The position numbers were made by a program, and so were the translations under genes. 64,000 nucleotides of DNA, taken from an uncultured candidatus Porisulfidus sp. Lineage in GTDB: Bacteria > Pseudomonadota > Gammaproteobacteria > Poriferisulfidales > Oxydemutatoraceae. This document shows, piece after piece, positions 10,604-18,858 of this stretch. Numbering within the stretch: the first letter of the stretch is position 1; each line of letters starts with the position of its first letter. The DNA lies in NCBI GenBank assembly GCA_965200865.1, contig CBDAVG010000002.1, forward strand, positions 1,583,942 through 1,647,941, written 5' to 3'. Under the pieces are notes generated by a model. That model was not told where the DNA came from and did not search any database. It saw nothing but the letters and a program-made list of their open reading frames with translations.

Positions 10604-13132
10604 ATGAAAAATACCCGACAACTGATTTCCATCGCTCTCCTTATTTTGCTCCAGTTATTCGGAGGAACGGTAAGCGCACAAACATCACAACCCGCAAAGC
10701 CCAATATGATATTTATCATGGCCGATGATCTAGGTAAAAACATACTCTCTTTGCCTAGGATAAAAAATGTCATTAAGATGCCTAATCTTCAAAGGCTTGC
10801 CGCAGAAGGGGTGACATTCAAGAATGCTTATGCAACACCATTTTGTTTCTCCACACGAGTAAAGCTAATAAGTGGTCGGGCTTCATTGAATACAGGAGCT
10901 TATGCAAATCAATTTCCCGATGGTAGTAGAGGGGATAAGTATTTGAATAGAGTCGTAAACCAGCGACGTACTACAGGATTTTACAAATATTTTTATGGTG
11001 GTGATTCGAGTATACATCCTTTTATAGACACTCAATATATACCTAGCTTTGCGTTACCACTCAAGCAAGCAGGTTATAAAACCGCAGTTGTCGGAAAATG
11101 GCACTTAAACGACTATGTTAAACAACCTCGCATCTTCAGAACGTTCGGATTTGACCAATGGATGATATCTGCATCACATACAGCACTGGGAGGGCATACT
11201 GATAAAGGGTTTATAGTAACATCCGGTTTCCTTCCCCAAGAGTTGGCCGACTTTGTCGTCAATTTCATCACTAAGAATAAAGACAGACCTTTCTTTGTCT
11301 ACTATCCTATGCACTTGGTTCATTCTCCTTATTTAGCGACACCCTTAGCCTTGAATGCAGAAACCACAGAAGAAAAAATGATTTCAATGATTGAATATGT
11401 AGATTTAATTATAGGCCGTTTGATAGAAACATTGGAGACGTTAAACATAAAGGATCGAACCATTATCTTCTTCTCAGGCGACAACGGAGATGCCGATGCT
11501 TATCGTTCTTTGTACGAACTTATTCAAGGTTCCGAAAAAAGCAAACAGCAACCTTTTTACGGCAAAGGTTCTCTACACGAAGGTGGTGTTAATGTGCCTT
11601 TGATAATCAGCGGCGGTCCGGTTGTGAAAAGAGGAGAAACCGAAGCCTTGGTGGATTTCACCGATATCTTACCTACACTTGCCGATCTTGCCGGTGTCTC
11701 CGTTGTTAGAAAAAATCGCGAAGATAATAATGATTACAGAGGAATAGCCGATCAATATGTTTCCATTGCTGGACTATACAAAGGAGATGGCTATTCCATG
11801 GCACCTTTTCTAACTGGGCAAACCGATGACACACCACGAAAATGGATAATGTTTGCCTCGCGCGGTCAAATCGTAGTGCGCAATAAAGAGTTCAAGCTTT
11901 GGGCAAAAAGAAAGGGTAATAAATATCAAGGACATGAATTCTATAATTTATACAACGACCCTCACGAACAAACTAATCTATACAACAACACAGATCAGAC
12001 TATTCTTACAGCTAATCAACAACTAAACAACATATTGGCTAGTGTCCCCCAACCCACAAGAATAGACGAGTATTTTGATCCAGTAGATTGGAATTACGGC
12101 ATGCTATCTCATTGGTCTATGAACCGATCAAAATTGACCGATACTGAAGGCGGTCATGACATAGAACACAATACTGAGACTATTCTTAGAAAGCAAGGAA
12201 AATTGGGTAAGGCGATTAGTGCAACCCGCTTATATGTGCCCTACTCTAAGGATTTATTTTATAGTTTTGTTATAGATGGAAACGACCGTTTATACGAGAA
12301 ATTAAAGCAGTTATCTATTAATAGACAATTTCCCGGAAGCAGAACTTTCTATATAGGAGTGGGTAATATCATTAGAAGTTTCAATAAACCTTTAAGGGAA
12401 TACGCGAACGCTATCTTTAACCAGATTAGCCCTGATACATACCTTTCCAGAAAGGGAGACCGAGAAAAATTTCTCTCCAGCATGACCGTGTCGGTATGGG
12501 TAAAAACCCCACAACTCAAGGAAGATATTTATATTCTAAAGCAGCCGTACATTGACAAAAAAGGTAGTTTAATAAGTTTTTCTATCACCAAAAATGCAAC
12601 CGTTAATTTTGAACTAACCACCAACGATCAAACCCATAAGCTAGAAAGCAAAACTTTAGACCAAGCATTTTGGAGACAATGGATGCACATGGTAGCAATA
12701 TGGGACGGACGCGATCAGTGCGGCGAAACCATACTTTATATCAACGGGGCGCGTGTTGCCCGAGCATGTTTAGGAAAACCTTTATCAGCAGATGACACCG
12801 ACAACCTATTGCTGGGCGGCTTTGCTGAAGATCCGACAGCCAATCACGCCGAAACATCAATAGACGACATTGCCATATGGCGGCAACCGTTGATGCCGAT
12901 GCAAATAGAAGCGTTGTATCGGCTTGGTAATCGTTTCTCTTATGATGCCTCGCAAGTTGATGCTTTGTTTAATACACCAGAGAATGATGGCATAACAAAA
13001 ATCGGAGATCAAGTGTGGCATCGTACCGAATTAGAAGAAACAACTGATACGGGTGGTTTGATGATTCTAGAACTTCCCAATGAAGTCAAGGTTCAATTCG
13101 GGGATGTGATGGCAATCCGTCTAAAAATATAG
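10604..13132 (+). CDS. Secreted sulfatase (alkaline-phosphatase superfamily) fused to a C-terminal LamG/concanavalin-like lectin domain
   Basis: Signal peptide MKNTRQLISIALLILLQLFGGTVSA. Sulfatase motifs are NMIFIMADDLG, C-F-S-T-R...SGR, GKWHLN, FFSGDNGD and GKGSLHEGGVNVP. C-terminus shows the LamG pattern (SVWVK...ISFSI...WMHMVAIWDG...LYINGARVA...IDDIAIW). ATG 10604 was chosen by homology to the copy 1 start; the track start is GTG 10595. Confidence 0.85.
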   Translation: MKNTRQLISIALLILLQLFGGTVSAQTSQPAKPNMIFIMADDLGKNILSLPRIKNVIKMPNLQRLAAEGVTFKNAYATPFCFSTRVKLISGRASLNTGAYANQFPDGSRGDKYLNRVVNQRRTTGFYKYFYGGDSSIHPFIDTQYIPSFALPLKQAGYKTAVVGKWHLNDYVKQPRIFRTFGFDQWMISASHTALGGHTDKGFIVTSGFLPQELADFVVNFITKNKDRPFFVYYPMHLVHSPYLATPLALNAETTEEKMISMIEYVDLIIGRLIETLETLNIKDRTIIFFSGDNGDADAYRSLYELIQGSEKSKQQPFYGKGSLHEGGVNVPLIISGGPVVKRGETEALVDFTDILPTLADLAGVSVVRKNREDNNDYRGIADQYVSIAGLYKGDGYSMAPFLTGQTDDTPRKWIMFASRGQIVVRNKEFKLWAKRKGNKYQGHEFYNLYNDPHEQTNLYNNTDQTILTANQQLNNILASVPQPTRIDEYFDPVDWNYGMLSHWSMNRSKLTDTEGGHDIEHNTETILRKQGKLGKAISATRLYVPYSKDLFYSFVIDGNDRLYEKLKQLSINRQFPGSRTFYIGVGNIIRSFNKPLREYANAIFNQISPDTYLSRKGDREKFLSSMTVSVWVKTPQLKEDIYILKQPYIDKKGSLISFSITKNATVNFELTTNDQTHKLESKTLDQAFWRQWMHMVAIWDGRDQCGETILYINGARVARACLGKPLSADDTDNLLLGGFAEDPTANHAETSIDDIAIWRQPLMPMQIEALYRLGNRFSYDASQVDALFNTPENDGITKIGDQVWHRTELEETTDTGGLMILELPNEVKVQFGDVMAIRLKI

Positions 13133-13276
13133 AGGTAGTATTCCCCTCCTCTGGAGGGGTGGCAGGCGAGCCTGACGGGGTGGCCTATACGTTTTGTAAT
13201 GCATGCGTTTAACAATACTGTTGAGGTTCTGCACAACGTCACGCCGATTGACCTACTGGCTCAATCGGCGGTTCTA
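13133..13276. repeat. Mosaic repeat cluster C2 (composite unit U, reverse orientation)
   Basis: Contains the CCCCTCC-TCT-GGAGGGG hairpin (13142-13158), the GCATGCGTTTAACAATACTGTTGAGG module, and the GCCGATTGA/TCAATCGGC hairpin (13243-13269). Ends in GGTTCTA, whose CTA is the glmS stop codon. Confidence 0.85.
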
Positions 13277-15118
13277 TTCAACGGTAACTGATTTTGCGAG
13301 GTTGCGAGGTTGGTCTATATCAGTGCCTTTCAATAATGCCGTGTGATACGCAAGTAATTGCAAAGGTATCGTAAATAAAATCGGAGAAACCGCATTCTCA
13401 AAAGCATCCAACCGTATTACCTTCAAGGATGATTTCTCGTCTGATTGAAACCCGGTGCCGGAATCTGCAAAAACATGCAAACGCCCTCCTCTTGCCCGCA
13501 CTTCCTTTAGATTAGATTTAAGTTTAGATAGTAGTCGATCGTTAGGTGCCACTGCAACGACCGGCATATTGAAATCTACTAAGGCTAGCGGGCCGTGCTT
13601 AAGTTCGCCTGCAGCATAAGCCTCAGCGTGGATATAAGAGATTTCTTTCATTTTGAGTGCCCCTTCCATGGCGATGGGATAATGCAAACCTCGCCCTAAA
13701 AATAAGGCATGTTGTTTGTCGGAGTACTCTCTTGCCAACAGACGTATTTCCTCCTCGCAACCTAAAATTTGCTCTAGACGTGCAGGCAGGTTGCGTAGTT
13801 GATCTACAAGATCGGATACTGACGACTTCGTCAAGCATCGCCGTTTACCCAAAAGTATAGTCAATAATAACAAAACGGTAAGCTGTGTTGTGAAGGCTTT
13901 AGTTGAAGCCACACCTATCTCGGGACCTGCATGGGTCATCAATACTACATCGACTTCTCGAGTTAGAGAACTCTCAGGCACATTACAAATAGCCAATGTC
14001 TTGAAATAATCGTGTTGCTTGGCAATCCGTAACGCTGCCAAAGTGTCCGCAGTCTCACCCGATTGAGAAATTACAACCAACAAAGTATTCGGTGGTACAA
14101 AGTGACGGCGGTACCGAAATTCGCTGGCAATCTCGGCACTACAAGACATATTTGCAAACTCTTCTAACCAGTAGCGAGCAACGAGTGCGGCGTGATAACT
14201 GGTTCCGCAAGCAACAATATGCACCTGTTCAATATGATCAAGAAATTCGGTTGCATCTGGAGAAATAATATCATCCGGAATATCATTGGCAAGTAGACGC
14301 CCTTCAAGTGTATCTGCGATAACACGAGGTTGATCGTATATTTCCTTCTGCATATAGTGTTGATATTCGCCCAAGTCGCTGTTGTATGATGCCAACGATA
14401 TCTCATGGCGTTCGCGCACTACAGGTTTCAAATGACTATCAAAAATATTCACTTGATCTTGGCTAATCTCCGCTATGTCACCGTTTTCCAAATGGATAAA
14501 AGTTTGAGTAATAGGCGACAACGCCTGTATATCGGATGCCGCATAGTTGGCGTGCCCTCCGATACCGATTACCAAAGGGCTTCCTTCTCGTACCAACACG
14601 ACGCTTTCAGGATTTTGTGCGTCAAGCACAGCCAAGCTATATGCCCCTTCAAGGTCGTTTATAGTTTTTGATATCGCACCCAATAAATCCTCATTTTGTC
14701 GTAAATAAAATATGATTTGATGTGCTATGACTTCGGTATCAGTTTCCGAGCTGAACTCAAACCCTTCGGATTTTTGCATCTCCTTCAAAACTTCATAATT
14801 TTCTATGATGCCGTTGTGGACGATAGCAATACGGTTATCGGAAATATGCGGGTGTGCATTTGCTTTATCAGGCGCACCGTGGGTAGCCCAACGTGTATGC
14901 GCTATGCCAATATTACTACGGCATGGTGTTGATCTTAGTAACTCTTGTAGTTTTGCTACCTTACCCAAACACCGTACCCGTTGTATAGGAACATCACCGT
15001 CATCGTTCAGAACCGCAATACCGGCGGAGTCATAACCGCGGTATTCTAGTCTGAATAACCCCTCCATTAAAACACTACTCACATCGGATGTTGCGATAGC
15101 AGCTACTATTCCACACAT
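13274..15118 (-). CDS. glmS: Glutamine--fructose-6-phosphate aminotransferase
   Basis: Start placed at the Met preceding the catalytic Cys (MCGIVAAI). Canonical C-terminus NLAKSVTVE. The track's upstream extension to 15172 overlaps glmU. Confidence 0.96.
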   Translation of the reverse strand: MCGIVAAIATSDVSSVLMEGLFRLEYRGYDSAGIAVLNDDGDVPIQRVRCLGKVAKLQELLRSTPCRSNIGIAHTRWATHGAPDKANAHPHISDNRIAIVHNGIIENYEVLKEMQKSEGFEFSSETDTEVIAHQIIFYLRQNEDLLGAISKTINDLEGAYSLAVLDAQNPESVVLVREGSPLVIGIGGHANYAASDIQALSPITQTFIHLENGDIAEISQDQVNIFDSHLKPVVRERHEISLASYNSDLGEYQHYMQKEIYDQPRVIADTLEGRLLANDIPDDIISPDATEFLDHIEQVHIVACGTSYHAALVARYWLEEFANMSCSAEIASEFRYRRHFVPPNTLLVVISQSGETADTLAALRIAKQHDYFKTLAICNVPESSLTREVDVVLMTHAGPEIGVASTKAFTTQLTVLLLLTILLGKRRCLTKSSVSDLVDQLRNLPARLEQILGCEEEIRLLAREYSDKQHALFLGRGLHYPIAMEGALKMKEISYIHAEAYAAGELKHGPLALVDFNMPVVAVAPNDRLLSKLKSNLKEVRARGGRLHVFADSGTGFQSDEKSSLKVIRLDAFENAVSPILFTIPLQLLAYHTALLKGTDIDQPRNLAKSVTVE

Positions 15119-15123
15119 CGTTT

Positions 15124-16503
15124 TTATTTCTTTGTCGGGCGTCGCCAGCCTTTCACCGTAGTCTGTTTGCAACGAGATAATGTCAATTCATCAGCAGGCA
15201 CATCGTGGGTGATCGTTGAACCAGCACCAATAGTAGCATTGGAGCCTATCTCAATGGGTGCAATGATTTGCGTATCCGAGCCTATAAATACATTGTCTCC
15301 GATAACCGTGCGATGTTTATCAGCACCATCGTAGTTACAAGTAATTGTGCCTGCACCTATATTAACCTTTGAACCTATTTCGCTATCTCCCATATAGCTC
15401 AGATGGTTGATTTTAGCGTCATTGCCAGTTGTGGTCTGTTTTATTTCTACGAAATTACCAATACGATTATTATCTCCTATCCGCGTATCAGGGCGCACCC
15501 GTGCATAAGGTCCCACGATGCAACACTTGCCAATGTGTGCGCCTTCTATATGGGAGAAAGACCTAACGACCGTACCTGCTGCAATAGAAACATTTTTCAA
15601 CACACTATAAGCTTCTATCTTGACATCGTCGCCGAGCTTTATTTCACCCTCAAGTATTACACCTACATCAAAGATAACACCTTTGCCGAGTTGTATTGCT
15701 GCGCTACGCACATCTAAACGGTCGGCATCTTGAACTATAGCACCGTTTTCTATCAGTTCCGAAACCCGAATACGCTGTAACAACCGCTCCGCTGCCGTAT
15801 ATTGCTGAGGTGTATTGATGCCGAGGGCTTGCCATGTTTCTTTCAACCCACCAACCCCTATGCTTAAATCTTCATCAACCGCGATCTGTATACAATCGGT
15901 CAAATAATATTCTTGTTGCTTATTGTCGTTTGCCACTTTTTGTATTAATTTGCTTAGGGTCTTCGCTTGTGCAGTCATGATACCTATGTTGACTTCTTCC
16001 ACCTTGCATTCATCAGGCGAAGCATCCGCTTCCTCCACAATACGCATAACCTTCCCGTCATCGGTACGCAGCACTCGCCCGTAACCTTTAGGATCTTTTA
16101 ATTGCGTGGTCATAAAAGTTAGTTCGTGCTGCCCTTGTAAAGCTAGTAACATTTGATAGCTTGATGCATCAACAAACGGCATATCGGTATACGAAACTAA
16201 AACTTGGTCCTCGGGTGCTATAGCGGGTAATGCTTGAGAAACCGCGTGCGCCGTGCCGAGCTGTTCGTCTTGTTGGTGCCAATGAATATTATCCAATCCC
16301 ACAAAGCGACTGGAAACCGCCTCCCGAACCTGTTCTCTGCCAAAACCTACAACGATATGCAACTGTGCCGATGGAAGTTTCCGCAGTTCCCTAAGGACAT
16401 GGGAAATAAGTGGCTCACCACCTAACTCGCAAAGTGCTTTAGGTTTTGTGCCACCCATTCGCCGAGCTTGACCGGCTGCAAGAAGAATTATAGAAAGGCT
16501 CAT
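15124..16503 (-). CDS. glmU: Bifunctional UDP-N-acetylglucosamine pyrophosphorylase / GlcN-1-P acetyltransferase
   Basis: Starts MSLSIILLAAG... at ATG 16503 (the track start 16530 is TTG). C-terminal left-handed beta-helix hexapeptide repeats. Adjacent to glmS. Confidence 0.93.
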   Translation of the reverse strand: MSLSIILLAAGQARRMGGTKPKALCELGGEPLISHVLRELRKLPSAQLHIVVGFGREQVREAVSSRFVGLDNIHWHQQDEQLGTAHAVSQALPAIAPEDQVLVSYTDMPFVDASSYQMLLALQGQHELTFMTTQLKDPKGYGRVLRTDDGKVMRIVEEADASPDECKVEEVNIGIMTAQAKTLSKLIQKVANDNKQQEYYLTDCIQIAVDEDLSIGVGGLKETWQALGINTPQQYTAAERLLQRIRVSELIENGAIVQDADRLDVRSAAIQLGKGVIFDVGVILEGEIKLGDDVKIEAYSVLKNVSIAAGTVVRSFSHIEGAHIGKCCIVGPYARVRPDTRIGDNNRIGNFVEIKQTTTGNDAKINHLSYMGDSEIGSKVNIGAGTITCNYDGADKHRTVIGDNVFIGSDTQIIAPIEIGSNATIGAGSTITHDVPADELTLSRCKQTTVKGWRRPTKK

Positions 16504-16720
16504 TGAATTACCCAAACTTAAAATTTCCAAATAGAAATTGCATGGTTCGGTATTATACCTTAGGGCGAAATGGTCTCTATCACAAAATCATAAATCAGAA
16601 TCGGAGGCCTTAATCTCATATTGTGTCAATATCCTCCTCGCGTACTCGGCGATACATTGTATAATGGGCTATTGATGAATCGTGTTCACTACGATTATAT
16701 CGTCTCAATATCTACTTACT

Positions 16721-17470
16721 ATGTTTAGCAAAAAATTCGTACAAGGCACGGTTATAGAAAATAAGCACTGGACAAAACGATTGTACTCCTTGAAGGTAGA
16801 CGCAGGAATTCAAACCTTCTTGCCGGGTCAATTTGGTCGTCTAGGATTAGAGATTGAGGGCGAAGAAATTGCCCGCCCATATTCTTTTGTCAACGCACCG
16901 ACCGAACCTTATTTGGAGTTTTATTCAATCATAGTACCCGAAGGACTTTTATCGTCTTGTTTGCATCAATTGCAACCGGGAGCTAAGGTTTGGGTCGCTT
17001 CTTCACCCTCAGGATTTTTCACTTTGGACGAGGTTCCCGAAGGACGCGAGCTTTGGATGCTCTCCACCGGCACTGCTTTAGGACCTTTTCTTTCAATATT
17101 AAAAACCGATGAACCATGGCAACGTTTCGATAAAATCGTATTAGTACATGCAGTTCGTAGCGAAGAGGAACTAACTTATAAAGAAACCATAGCGGCTTTT
17201 AAGCAACGCTCCCCTGACCAATTTACAATGATACCTTTTGTTAGCCGAGAACAAACATCTTATGCATTGCCGGGGCGTATACCTGCTGCAATTGAAAACG
17301 GTACTTTAGAAGAACAAGCCAATACTCCGCTGGCTACCGAAAGTTCTCAAGTGATGATTTGTGGCAACCCCGATATGGTAAGCGACACCACCGACATATT
17401 GAAAACCAACGGTTTTACCAAAAACAGACGCCGAACTCCAGGCAATATCACAACTGAGAATTATTGGTAG
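16721..17470 (+). CDS. fpr: Ferredoxin--NADP(+) reductase
   Basis: Gives 249 aa from ATG 16721. WTKRLYSLKV...GQFGRLGL...RPYSFVN (RxYS FAD motif) and the MLSTGTALGPF NAD(P) motif. Confidence 0.88.
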   Translation: MFSKKFVQGTVIENKHWTKRLYSLKVDAGIQTFLPGQFGRLGLEIEGEEIARPYSFVNAPTEPYLEFYSIIVPEGLLSSCLHQLQPGAKVWVASSPSGFFTLDEVPEGRELWMLSTGTALGPFLSILKTDEPWQRFDKIVLVHAVRSEEELTYKETIAAFKQRSPDQFTMIPFVSREQTSYALPGRIPAAIENGTLEEQANTPLATESSQVMICGNPDMVSDTTDILKTNGFTKNRRRTPGNITTENYW

Positions 17471-17492
17471 TATTCAAGCAGTATCTATATCA

Positions 17493-18383
17493 CTATACTG
17501 ATCTAATGCAGTTTTTAATGGTGCCGATTTTTTCTACTTCGCACTCTACCACATCACCGGGACGAAGATATTCGGGCGGCTTTCTGACATAACCGACACC
17601 ACTAGGCGTGCCGGTTGCAATCACGGTGCCTGGCTGCAAGGCAATTACTTTAGATATGGCAGATATCACCGTAGCAACATCAAAAATCTGGCTTGCCGTT
17701 GTATCGTCTTGCTTAATGACTCCGTTTACGCGACTGCGCACAAAAAGTGATTGCACATCACTGATGTCGGAGGCGGTCACGATGCAAGGACCCATCGGAC
17801 AGCTGCCTGGCAGGCTTTTGCCTAGAAAAAACTGCCGATGCCGTTTTTGCAGGTCCCTAGCTGATATATCGTTAACCACGGTATAGCCAAATACATAATC
17901 CATGGCCTGTTCTCTACTTACTTTATGAGCAGTTTTTCCGATCACGACTGCCAATTCGGCTTCCCAGTCTATTTTTTCGGAAACTTCAGCATCGTAAGGA
18001 ATGTTATCGTAAGGACCGATCACCGTAGAAACATCTTTAGTGAACACGATAGGATACTTGGGCAAATCTTTCTGTATAAGCGTATTGCCTTGGGTTTCCT
18101 TGACATGTTCGGAATAGTTCCAACCCAGGCACATAATGTTGCACGGTGGACTAGGAATAGGTGCTTGCAACTTTTGCAGTTCTACTTCCACTTTTGCACA
18201 TTGGGGGGCAACATCAACCCACTGAGATAATTGGACTAAGCCTTGAGAACCTGCGTTAATTAGCGACAACATGTCGGTATAGGGTGCCGACCAATCAGGG
18301 TCAAGAACCGGCAACAAAACTTCCTTAGCCGTCAGTATGCCGATATGCGACTTTTCTTTATGACTATAGTTAACCAACTTCAT
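17493..18383 (-). CDS. Fumarylacetoacetate hydrolase (FAH) family protein
   Basis: 296 aa. WEAELAVVIGK...NDISARD...K and the GTPSGVG pattern are typical of the FAH fold. Confidence 0.85.
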   Translation of the reverse strand: MKLVNYSHKEKSHIGILTAKEVLLPVLDPDWSAPYTDMLSLINAGSQGLVQLSQWVDVAPQCAKVEVELQKLQAPIPSPPCNIMCLGWNYSEHVKETQGNTLIQKDLPKYPIVFTKDVSTVIGPYDNIPYDAEVSEKIDWEAELAVVIGKTAHKVSREQAMDYVFGYTVVNDISARDLQKRHRQFFLGKSLPGSCPMGPCIVTASDISDVQSLFVRSRVNGVIKQDDTTASQIFDVATVISAISKVIALQPGTVIATGTPSGVGYVRKPPEYLRPGDVVECEVEKIGTIKNCIRSV

Positions 18384-18456
18384 TGCTCATCTCTAGCTTA
18401 CATATATCCCAAAGTATGGCTACTTTCTTCATTCTTTTCTCCTTACAAAGTAGGTT

Positions 18457-18858
18457 TCAATCTACATGAGCAACATATTTAGGCGTGTCCGTTAAAATGA
18501 CTTCTAACTCCTTGCCGTTGATTATAAACGGTTGCTCAAGTTGTTCAAAAATCAAACTAAGCCCAACATCCCCGGAAACACGACAAGGCAAACGAATCGT
18601 ATCATGGTAGACAAACACATTATCTTGAAACTCACCACCTTGCACTTTTTTGGGAAATTCAATTTTTGAGGTATCTACACTATCGTCAAAATCGTCTTTG
18701 ACGACGATACGACCACTCTGTCTCCAGCTAGTTCGTTGTCGTGCTGCATCCATCACCTTGATAATGGCAGCATCGGAAAACATCAGTATATATTGATCTT
18801 TTTGGAAGTCCAAATCAGTAATCAGCATGTCTGGTAATTGAAGTAATCTATAACTCAT
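18457..18858 (-). CDS. Hypothetical protein (133 aa), translationally coupled to gshA
   Basis: ORF with no motif I recognise. Its start overlaps the gshA stop by 4 nt (18855-18858). Confidence 0.6.
   Translation of the reverse strand: MSYRLLQLPDMLITDLDFQKDQYILMFSDAAIIKVMDAARQRTSWRQSGRIVVKDDFDDSVDTSKIEFPKKVQGGEFQDNVFVYHDTIRLPCRVSGDVGLSLIFEQLEQPFIINGKELEVILTDTPKYVAHVD

Noticed and set aside
13274-15172. Long N-terminal extensions offered by the ORF track for glmS (15172), glmU (16530), fpr (16682), dut (24261), dcd (37007), the DUF255 protein (40509), radC (44020), ubiA (47160), the orphan (50750), rubredoxin (50838) and xni (61057).
   Set aside because: Family N-termini (for example Met-Cys in GlmS and MSIKPD in Dcd), non-ATG track starts, overlaps with neighbouring genes or repeats, and better RBS placement all favour the internal starts given in the feature list.
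15124-16503. The GlmU N-terminal nucleotide-binding signature reads LAAGQARRMGG rather than the usual LAAGKGTRM.
   Set aside because: The rest of the protein, including the downstream PK and the acetyltransferase hexapeptide domain, looks intact, and the key Arg aligns. I cannot judge functional significance without an alignment, so I did not raise it as a finding.
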